Source of the DNA: a virus
Taxonomy: Duplodnaviria; Caudoviricetes
DNA: 39,826 nt
Strand: one strand, 5' to 3'
Virus record (IMG/VR): IMGVR_UViG_3300020045_011686
Span: 1-39,826 of that record
How positions within the stretch are numbered: position 1 is the first letter of the stretch; each line of letters begins with the position of its first letter. The translations under genes and the position numbers were made by a program. The notes under the pieces were generated by a model. It saw only the letters and a program-made list of their open reading frames with translations. It searched no databases and had not been told where the DNA came from. Shown piece by piece: positions 7,252 through 14,535 of this stretch.

Positions 7252-8298
7252 ATGCTATTCAATAAGTTTAATTCGGGAGCAAACATTGACACACGCTCCA
7301 ATACCGAGAAACTCAAGGATTATACCCTTGAGGAGATTGTTGCGTCAGCAAGCCCCGTTGAGTGGGCTCCGAAGATGCGGAGCGATTGGAGAAAGTTTCC
7401 TATCACTGAACAAAATGGTAGTGGAAGTTGTGTCGCGCAATCTCTTGCGAAGCAACTCGGTATCATGTACTGGCTTGAGAACAATGAGTTTGTCCCGTTC
7501 TCTGCAACACATATTTACCAACGCAGAGCCAACAAACCCCAGAGTGGAATGGGAGGAGTAAATGCGTTGGATATTGCAAGACAAGGGGTGACGCTTGAAG
7601 GACTCGTGCGTTCGGATAATATGACTGACGTACAAATGGACTCGGTAAAAATCCCTGAATATAAAAACAAAGTGGGAGAGATATTCAAAATCAGTAACTA
7701 CATCACCCTCCCCATAAAAGATATTGAGACAGTAGCATCGGTTATCCAGACAACGGGCAAGGGCGTGATGGTGTGGTTTTACTGGAAAACAGACGAGTGG
7801 ACGGAAATGCCTACTGTAAAATACTCTGACCTTGATATCACCGCGCCCACCACTGCACGGCATTCGGTGACTGCGGTTGATTTCTCGCTTGAAAACGGAG
7901 AAAAATCGCTCATCGTTGACGATAGTTGGGGTAGTAAGTACGCCTTTAACGGACAACGTATTATCACTGAGTCGTTTTTCAAGGAACGGAATTTTTTCGC
8001 CGCGTATCCAATGAATTTCACATTTGATACGGTTGATAAACCGCATTATACATTCACAAAGTCTCTCTCGTTTGGCATGGACGACCCCGATGTGGTGGGG
8101 CTCCAAAATATCCTCAAATACGAGGCGTTATTCCCGTCTAACGCCTCTTCCACGGGGTACTACGGAGCAATAACAGCAAAAGGGACACTGGAGTTTCAGA
8201 AAAGATACGGCGTTGCTCTCGAACCAGAGCTTTCCCTACTTCAAGGGAGACTCGTCGGGCCGAAAACGTTGGCAAAACTGAACGAGTTATACGGGTGA
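7252..8298 (+). CDS. papain-like (C1) cysteine peptidase with C-terminal peptidoglycan-binding domain; candidate lysin
   Basis: QNGSGSCVAQS (catalytic Cys), HSVTAV (His), DDSWG; C-terminal GMDDPDVVGLQ...TGYYGAIT...FQKRYG...VGPKT. Confidence 0.8.
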   Translation: MLFNKFNSGANIDTRSNTEKLKDYTLEEIVASASPVEWAPKMRSDWRKFPITEQNGSGSCVAQSLAKQLGIMYWLENNEFVPFSATHIYQRRANKPQSGMGGVNALDIARQGVTLEGLVRSDNMTDVQMDSVKIPEYKNKVGEIFKISNYITLPIKDIETVASVIQTTGKGVMVWFYWKTDEWTEMPTVKYSDLDITAPTTARHSVTAVDFSLENGEKSLIVDDSWGSKYAFNGQRIITESFFKERNFFAAYPMNFTFDTVDKPHYTFTKSLSFGMDDPDVVGLQNILKYEALFPSNASSTGYYGAITAKGTLEFQKRYGVALEPELSLLQGRLVGPKTLAKLNELYG

Positions 8299-8369
8299 GT
8301 CATCCACAGGCGTAAGGACACTATGTCCTTTATGTTGACGTATGATTGTCTCATGAGTCCTTTAGGAGC

Positions 8370-8831
8370 ATGAAGATACGCATACGCTTATCAGACCGCA
8401 TTTTCTCGTGGTACATACGTTCGCGTGACCTTTGGACGTGCCTCAACTGTGGAAAACGCTACCCCGAGGGAGCCCAAGGTCTACAAAATTCTCACTTTTA
8501 CGGCAGGGCGAACGAGGCAACGAGATTCGAACCACTGAATTGTGATGCACTCTGTTTTTACTGCCACCAACGGTTTGAATCCAACCCCAACAATTTCCGA
8601 GATTGGAAGTATGAACAACTCGGCCCAGAAAAATACACGATGCTCGTGGTTCAATCTAACACCTACAAAAAACGCGATGACGCACTAGACGAACTCTACG
8701 CACTTGAACTGCTCAAGGAACTCAAAGGCCGAGACCCATCAGTGACCATACCAATATGGGCGAAGACAAAGATTTTGAAGAAGGAGAGTGGAACGACGAA
8801 GAAGATTGGGACGAAGAAACGGAGTAAATAG
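8370..8831 (+). CDS. NinG/Rap-like recombination endonuclease
   Basis: FSWYIRSRD, CLNCG, SHFYGR, TRFEPLNCDALCFYCH. Confidence 0.8.
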   Translation: MKIRIRLSDRIFSWYIRSRDLWTCLNCGKRYPEGAQGLQNSHFYGRANEATRFEPLNCDALCFYCHQRFESNPNNFRDWKYEQLGPEKYTMLVVQSNTYKKRDDALDELYALELLKELKGRDPSVTIPIWAKTKILKKESGTTKKIGTKKRSK

Positions 8832-8844
8832 TATGACGTGACAC

Positions 8845-9552
8845 ATGACCGCCCGGCGTGGTGCTCGCGGCACCAGAATTTTATTGTTCGATATTGAGAC
8901 AACGCCCATTGAGGCCTACGTGTGGGGACTGTACGAACAGAATGTTATCCGCGTCAAACATGAGTGGAGAATACTCTCATTTGCATACAAGTGGCTCGGA
9001 GAGAAGAAGATTTACTTCATCCGCGCCCCACATAACGATGCACATTTAGTAAAGGAATTGTGGAAACTTTTTGATGAAGCAGACATGCTCGTCGCTCATA
9101 ACGGAAACCGCTTCGATTTTAAGAAAGTTTGCTCTCGGTTCATCTCATATGGTTTAACGTCGCCATCTCCATACAAAACCGTTGATACGCGACTGGTCTC
9201 ACGAAGATACTTCGGGTTCAACTCAAACAAGCTCGATGACCTTGGTGAGTATCTCGGGGTGGGAAGGAAGGTGAAGCACGAGGGATTTGATTTGTGGCTT
9301 CGATGTTTGAGCGGAGATGAAAGGGCATGGAAAACAATGGAGAAGTACAATAAACAAGACGTTGCTCTATTGGAAAAGATTTACCTCAAAATGCGTCCGT
9401 ATATGGTCACATATCACAAACTTGTGTTTGATGGGACGTGCCAACATTGTGGTTCTACCGATGTGTATTTCCGTGGAACGTGTAGAACAAGAACACGTGT
9501 CGGTAGACGTTTTCAATGTAAAAAGTGTGGCGTGTGGGGGAGTAAGTATTGA
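8845..9552 (+). CDS. DEDD/RNase H-like 3'-5' exonuclease with C-terminal Zn ribbon
   Basis: FDIET, VAHNGNRFD, YNKQDV; CQHCGS...CKKCG. Confidence 0.85.
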   Translation: MTARRGARGTRILLFDIETTPIEAYVWGLYEQNVIRVKHEWRILSFAYKWLGEKKIYFIRAPHNDAHLVKELWKLFDEADMLVAHNGNRFDFKKVCSRFISYGLTSPSPYKTVDTRLVSRRYFGFNSNKLDDLGEYLGVGRKVKHEGFDLWLRCLSGDERAWKTMEKYNKQDVALLEKIYLKMRPYMVTYHKLVFDGTCQHCGSTDVYFRGTCRTRTRVGRRFQCKKCGVWGSKY

Positions 9553-9553
9553 T

Positions 9554-9688
9554 ATGCGGTTACTCTTTCCAACGATTCTTATTGTTCTCGATGTCGGAGC
9601 CGCTGTTGTGTATGGATTTTATGGGGACTGGAGAATGTTTACGTATTGGATGGCGGCTGCAGTTTTAAGTATTTCTATCAGCTACTAA
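9554..9688 (+). CDS. small membrane protein (2 TM)
   Basis: MRLLFPTILIVLDVGAAVVYG...YWMAAAVLSISISY. Confidence 0.65.
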   Translation: MRLLFPTILIVLDVGAAVVYGFYGDWRMFTYWMAAAVLSISISY

Positions 9689-9719
9689 ATAAAGGCAGGG
9701 GCGAACCTCTGCTTATTTT
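9687..9719. terminator. bidirectional intrinsic terminator
   Basis: AAATAA-AGGCAGGGG-CGAA-CCTCTGCTT-ATTTT between convergent genes. Confidence 0.75.
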
Positions 9720-9783
9720 CATACCCACACCGCTGTCGCGTGGTAGATTGATTCGCCATAGTAGATGTAGATGAGTAGTAGAA

Positions 9784-9867
9784 TCATCTCCATATCCTCA
9801 CGGCGAAATAGGCGAGCAACATCGCTCCCGCACCCATCCAAATCAGTGTGGCAATGAACAGTGTCAT
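9784..9867 (-). CDS. 27-aa membrane peptide
   Basis: MTLFIATLIWMGAGAMLLAYFAVRIWR; AAGGAGG upstream; ATGA overlap. Confidence 0.55.
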   Translation of the reverse strand: MTLFIATLIWMGAGAMLLAYFAVRIWR

Positions 9868-10172
9868 GGCTTGCCTCCTTGAATGAGCGTGAAGCGGTGT
9901 CGCTTTTCAGCGAGTAACGCTTCCTCTTTCCAACGTGCTCTCGTATACAGTCGTCGGATGTAGTCGGGGTCAAAGCCCAGCGTTTTGCAGGTGTCATTGA
10001 ACGAACCCGTGCCGTCGCTGTCGTTCTCCACCCACGCTTGCGCGATAGGTGAAAGATGACGCTTGACTCTCCCCAACGCACATTCGATGTAGTCGGTGAA
10101 TCGAATTGCCGCCAGTCGTTCTTCTCCGGAGAGTTCGACGGCGACATGACTTAGTTGTACCAGTCCGCCCAT
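9864..10172 (-). CDS. hypothetical protein
   Basis: ATG 10172 with GGAGG SD; SFNDTCKTLGFDPDYIR helical motif; ends FTLIQGGKP. Confidence 0.65.
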   Translation of the reverse strand: MGGLVQLSHVAVELSGEERLAAIRFTDYIECALGRVKRHLSPIAQAWVENDSDGTGSFNDTCKTLGFDPDYIRRLYTRARWKEEALLAEKRHRFTLIQGGKP

Positions 10173-10291
10173 CGCTTCCTCCATACGCCGCGACAAATGC
10201 CCGCAAGTTCGAACCACGCCACCGCCCCAAATCCGAGGATAAGGAGGATGGCGAGTTCAACGGTTGTTTTCGCTTGTTGTACCAGTTTCAC
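10151..10291 (-). CDS. 46-aa membrane protein
   Basis: GTG start with AGGAGG SD; one TM helix followed by basic/Trp tail. Confidence 0.55.
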   Translation of the reverse strand: MKLVQQAKTTVELAILLILGFGAVAWFELAGICRGVWRKRWADWYN

Positions 10292-10299
10292 GTTTCCTC

Positions 10300-10494
10300 C
10301 TATTGGATGATGTCTCCGTCCATGATGCGACATTGCGCCGCCGCATCGAGCAAGTTGATGTTCTGCGCGGCTTCCGCTCCGCATTCACACATCCCATCAA
10401 TGATGAGAAGGTAATCGGAACGAAACAGCACACGCTTGGTTGGGAGTTCTTTTCCGCACTTGGGACACGCCAGTGCAAATTCGTGGTAGAGCAT
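10300..10494 (-). CDS. Zn-ribbon protein
   Basis: CPKCG...CECG; AAGGAGG SD upstream. Confidence 0.7.
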   Translation of the reverse strand: MLYHEFALACPKCGKELPTKRVLFRSDYLLIIDGMCECGAEAAQNINLLDAAAQCRIMDGDIIQ

Positions 10495-10517
10495 GACGAT
10501 GTACCTCCTTCACTGTA

Positions 10518-10583
10518 ATCATACCACCTTATCCACAACTTCATGTGTATAACACTTGACTTTATCAATAGGAGGTATATACT
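10518..10583. promoter_or_regulatory. divergent promoter region with two inverted DnaA boxes
   Basis: TTATCCACA 10529-10537 and TGTGTATAA 10544-10552; rightward TTGACT (10556-10561), 16 nt, TATACT (10578-10583); leftward extended -10 TGGTATGAT (10518-10526). Confidence 0.6.
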
Positions 10584-10589
10584 AGCGGT

Positions 10590-10754
10590 ATGCCAAAAGG
10601 ACAATTTAAGAGGAGAAGTCTTTATCCTGTTCCTCGTATGCTCTACATCACGAAAGAACTGGATGAGAATTTAAGAAAAGCCGCGCAACAAGAAGACCGT
10701 TCCGTGTCATGGATTATGCGCGACGCATTTACCAAATATCTTCGAGCCCGATGA
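10590..10754 (+). CDS. ribbon-helix-helix (CopG/Arc-like) regulator (not in ORF track)
   Basis: MPKGQFKRRSLYPVPRMLYITKELDENLRKAAQQEDRSVSWIMRDAFTKYLRAR; beta-helix-RSVS-helix pattern; ATGA overlap with next gene. Confidence 0.75.
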   Translation: MPKGQFKRRSLYPVPRMLYITKELDENLRKAAQQEDRSVSWIMRDAFTKYLRAR

Positions 10755-11053
10755 CCGCAATCATGGTCGGGGATAAGTTAGTGGGGCTTTATGACGAAGA
10801 AAAGCACGTGTTTTCCAAGTTCGTAAAACGGTCAATGCACTTCATGATAAAGCATGATGGGTGGGGGGTTGACAAGTCGGTACTCAACCGTCTTGCGGCG
10901 GATAACGCAACGATTCGTATTGAGGAACAGGAGGCAAGAGAAGCGTTTATTGTGTCAGCGAATGAATGGAAGAACACTGGAATCGAAGAAGATTTCGGAT
11001 ATGGGGTTCAAGTATTTTTACCCGAATCAAAAATGGCGAAAGGGAAGTTATGA
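10751..11053 (+). CDS. hypothetical protein
   Basis: ATG 10751; coupled at both ends by ATGA overlaps. Confidence 0.7.
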   Translation: MTAIMVGDKLVGLYDEEKHVFSKFVKRSMHFMIKHDGWGVDKSVLNRLAADNATIRIEEQEAREAFIVSANEWKNTGIEEDFGYGVQVFLPESKMAKGKL

Positions 11054-12279
11054 CCATCGGCATACTCACAACTTTTTACGACCTAAATCCAGCGTACTCG
11101 CTCTGCTCGGTTGTCCGAGACCAACTTATCGCTGGTGTAAAACACGGACACAAGATGGTGTTGTTTGTTCTTCCGTCGTTTAAGGATACGGACATGGTTC
11201 CTGATGGGGTAGAGATACGCAAGATTGTCCCGCAGTATATTTTAGAACCATACAAAGAATTAAACTTCCCATCCGATTGGGAAAAACAGCGAGATGAGTG
11301 TGCGAAACTTTTCGTTCAGAACATGCAAGACATTGATGTACTATTCGCTCACGACATTTTCTTCATCGACACCTACCTTCCGTATAATCTTGCAATGCGT
11401 GAAGCGTTGCCGAAGTTGAGATGTAAGGTACTGGCGTGGACGCACTCTGCTCCATCATCACGTCCTCTGCTTGAAAACAACCCTCATGCGAGTCGCTACA
11501 CCATTCCCGAGGACAGGTTTAATCTTGTCTACCTCAACAACGATAAGGCGAATGATTTGGCAGAAATGTATGGCACGTGGCTTGACCGTGTTCATGTCGT
11601 CAATAACCCAAGAGACCCGAGAAGTTTTTGGAATCTTCACCCATTGGTCAAACGTATTCTCGGCGAGAATGATGTTTTGTCGGCAGATATTATATCGGTC
11701 TACCCGCTCTCCACTCCTCGTATGGTATCTGGAAAGGGACTGGATAAAGCAATTCGTATCCATGCGAAGTTAAAAGAGCTTGGGTATACGACACGATTTA
11801 TCGTGGCGAACGCCCACGCCAACGCAGAGAGAGAGAAACAATCTATCGCAACTCTACTTACCCAAGCAAAACAGTGGGGGCTTGATGAAAAAGAAGTTAT
11901 CTTCACCTCCCTACTTGGGCAAGAATACGAACAAGGAATCCCCTATACCGCAGTATCCGACCTGTTCCGCCTATCGAATATATTCATCTTCCCTACTATT
12001 TCAGAGAACTGTTCGCTCATCATGCTTGAAGCAATGATGTCGGGGAACCTCATGGTGATGAATAAAAAGGTACGTTCATTCCTCGAGTTCTGCGGAGGAC
12101 AAGCACTTTATATGGAGTTTGATTCCCGCACAGAAGATTCGTATTACCTCGACCTTGCGAAGATTATTGCCGCGCAATTTCTCAAGATGAAACCATTACA
12201 AGTAAAACGCATGGCGTTCCAAAAGTATAATTATGATGCAATTTGGAATGACCAGATTGAACCACTGTTATATGAATAA
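11050..12279 (+). CDS. glycosyltransferase family 4 (GT-B)
   Basis: RMVSGKGLDKAI, IFIFPTISENCSLIMLEAM (E-x7-E), C-terminal YNYDAI. Confidence 0.85.
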   Translation: MTIGILTTFYDLNPAYSLCSVVRDQLIAGVKHGHKMVLFVLPSFKDTDMVPDGVEIRKIVPQYILEPYKELNFPSDWEKQRDECAKLFVQNMQDIDVLFAHDIFFIDTYLPYNLAMREALPKLRCKVLAWTHSAPSSRPLLENNPHASRYTIPEDRFNLVYLNNDKANDLAEMYGTWLDRVHVVNNPRDPRSFWNLHPLVKRILGENDVLSADIISVYPLSTPRMVSGKGLDKAIRIHAKLKELGYTTRFIVANAHANAEREKQSIATLLTQAKQWGLDEKEVIFTSLLGQEYEQGIPYTAVSDLFRLSNIFIFPTISENCSLIMLEAMMSGNLMVMNKKVRSFLEFCGGQALYMEFDSRTEDSYYLDLAKIIAAQFLKMKPLQVKRMAFQKYNYDAIWNDQIEPLLYE

Positions 12280-12451
12280 AGGAGAAACAGACAAAGATGA
12301 GATGCGTGAGAGATGGTTTTGCCCTATTCATGAATACGGTAAATTTGAATATGCACCAAGCCCATTTGGGCCGAACGACGCTCAACCGTTTTGTAGTGCC
12401 TGCGACTTATCCACGTTAGTTTGGGGAACACCCGCGCATATAAAGTTGTGA
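12272..12451 (+). CDS. small Zn-binding protein
   Basis: CPIH...CSAC. Confidence 0.55.
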   Translation: MNKGETDKDEMRERWFCPIHEYGKFEYAPSPFGPNDAQPFCSACDLSTLVWGTPAHIKL

Positions 12452-12810
12452 AAAAATTATTCACTAATGATGTTTGTATGTTTTGGAACAAAAATAAACA
12501 AGTCCACGCCCCCGTCACAGAACACGACGAACGCGTCAAATGCGGTGAATGTAAACATTGGATTGATAAATCTGATGCACAGTTCGTCGATGTTTACCCG
12601 TTCTACGAATCCACTAACGAACTCGATTGCGCATATTACTGCCCGATGCACAAAAAGCCATTTGATGCTATACGATGGCGATACTGCCCTATTCCCGGTA
12701 AGAAAGCAGGAGAACGAGTCGTAACAAAGTACTTCAAAACAATCCCCGAACATCAGGTAGAGGTCACGGAGAAGGGTAGAGAAATAAAACGAAAACGTAA
12801 CTTACCATGA
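12448..12810 (+). CDS. hypothetical Zn-binding protein
   Basis: CGECK...YCPMH; start uncertain (GTG 12448 or ATG 12478). Confidence 0.6.
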   Translation: MKKLFTNDVCMFWNKNKQVHAPVTEHDERVKCGECKHWIDKSDAQFVDVYPFYESTNELDCAYYCPMHKKPFDAIRWRYCPIPGKKAGERVVTKYFKTIPEHQVEVTEKGREIKRKRNLP

Positions 12811-13580
12811 ATAAACCATCAATCGGCGTATTGGGTCATGGGTTCATTGGCAAGGTTATCAGTGAATGGTATGCGGACGGAGGATATACGGTACATCCAT
12901 TCGACATCAATGGAGACTATGACTTAAAAGCCACGCTGAATAGCGACATCGTTTTTGTTGCCATCAACGCGAAAGACAACTTCGCGAGCGTTGAGAATCG
13001 TAATATCTTGAGTGAATACTTCAAGCACATTCCCGACAACACGCTCGTTATTATTAAATCCACCGTTGTACCCGGCACAACAGACTACCTTGACGAAGTG
13101 TTCCCTAAGTTGCCCTTCTGCTACAACCCCGAATTTCTCACCGAGATGACTGCGTTTGAAGATTTCAACAGTCCCGACATACAGATTCTTGGGCTTCCAC
13201 ATCGTTCACTTGAATTCGCCGGTGCGATATTTGACCTGTTACCCGACGCACCAGTAAAACGTATCGTCTCTCCTCGCGACGCTGAAACAATCAAACACGC
13301 AACCAACTCGTATTACGCGATGAAACTCATCTTCTTCAACGAATTGTATGATGCTTCGTCTACGTTGGGATGTGATTACGAAACGGTGAAAGAAGTTCTA
13401 TCCAAGAATCAATGGATTGGTGACTCGCATAATGTTGTCTTCCACAAGGGTTATAGGGGATTTGGCGATACGAAAGTCTCGAAGTGTATCCCGAAAGACA
13501 CCACCGCCTTCGCCAAACTCACTGGTTCAGAGTTACTCAGTACAACGCTAAAAGTAAACGAACGCATTTACAGAAAATGA
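12807..13580 (+). CDS. UDP-glucose/GDP-mannose 6-dehydrogenase family (short form)
   Basis: GHGFIG, IKSTVVPGTT, YNPEFL, KHATN, GFG...KCIPKD (catalytic Cys); C-terminal UDP-binding domain absent. Confidence 0.85.
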   Translation: MNKPSIGVLGHGFIGKVISEWYADGGYTVHPFDINGDYDLKATLNSDIVFVAINAKDNFASVENRNILSEYFKHIPDNTLVIIKSTVVPGTTDYLDEVFPKLPFCYNPEFLTEMTAFEDFNSPDIQILGLPHRSLEFAGAIFDLLPDAPVKRIVSPRDAETIKHATNSYYAMKLIFFNELYDASSTLGCDYETVKEVLSKNQWIGDSHNVVFHKGYRGFGDTKVSKCIPKDTTAFAKLTGSELLSTTLKVNERIYRK

Positions 13581-13702
13581 ACAAGCAACGCACTCATGAA
13601 TTAAAAGCGTTGTTCCTCGAACATGCAAGGGAACGAAACGTGCCAGCAGAACGCATGAAGTATTATTGGCGTAGATTTAAGAAAGCATGGAAACAGCGGT
13701 AA
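13577..13702 (+). CDS. 41-aa basic microprotein
   Basis: MNKQRTHELKALF...; ATGA overlap. Confidence 0.5.
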   Translation: MNKQRTHELKALFLEHARERNVPAERMKYYWRRFKKAWKQR

Positions 13703-14535
13703 AACATTGTGAAGTATGTGGAGTGGAAATCCCGAGTGATTTCCAGAACCTCCTCTGTATGGAGTGTTATGTCAAACAAGCGAACAAAGACTCGGTGTTT
13801 GTTGAGCCCGTACAAGGTAGTGGAATCACCGACCCCGAATATAGAGAACGCGAGGAGGTTGAAGAACTTGACCTCGTATCACGATGTCATGGGAGGTTTA
13901 AGGATGCGGGCTTGGTAATGCCTGCACCGCAGAGAAAAGCATACGAGGCGGTGAAAGACTATATGCGAAACGAATGCATCACCAAACACGTCCAGTATCC
14001 GAAGTTTATATGGAAACCCACGGTCATCGACATCGGAAGTGGATTGGGTATCGGTTCAAACATTCTCTCTCAAGAAGCAGATTATGTTTTGGGGGTAGAT
14101 AAGAATGCAGAGAATGTATCCTACGCTTCGCAGATGTTCACGCGCCAGAAAAATAATGTCTATTGGGCTCCGCAGGTTGATTTTATGGTGTCGGATGTCT
14201 ACACGGATACACGAGAGTTTATGAAATTTGACTTTGTGACTGCGTTTGAAATCATTGAACACTTAAAAGATTGGGAGAAGCTCTGTGTGTTCATCAAGAA
14301 AGTGGTAAAACCTACCGCAGTCATTTTCATTTCAAGCCCAAACAGAAACGCATGGAAAGGAACCGAGCGAGAGAAAACGCCTCTTAACGAGCACCACGTA
14401 CGCGAGTGGAGCGCAAATGAGTTCAAAGATTGTATGTCGAAATACTTCTCAAGCGTTGAGTTGCTTGATTACGAACTGAACCCTGTCGGTGATGTGACAC
14501 AAGTAACCCCTGTGGTGATACGATGCCGCCCTTAA
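13687..14535 (+). CDS. class I SAM-dependent methyltransferase with N-terminal Zn finger
   Basis: CEVCG...CMEC; VIDIGSGLG, GVDKN, FDFVTAFEIIEHL, ISSPN, HHVREW. Confidence 0.85.
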   Translation: METAVKHCEVCGVEIPSDFQNLLCMECYVKQANKDSVFVEPVQGSGITDPEYREREEVEELDLVSRCHGRFKDAGLVMPAPQRKAYEAVKDYMRNECITKHVQYPKFIWKPTVIDIGSGLGIGSNILSQEADYVLGVDKNAENVSYASQMFTRQKNNVYWAPQVDFMVSDVYTDTREFMKFDFVTAFEIIEHLKDWEKLCVFIKKVVKPTAVIFISSPNRNAWKGTEREKTPLNEHHVREWSANEFKDCMSKYFSSVELLDYELNPVGDVTQVTPVVIRCRP

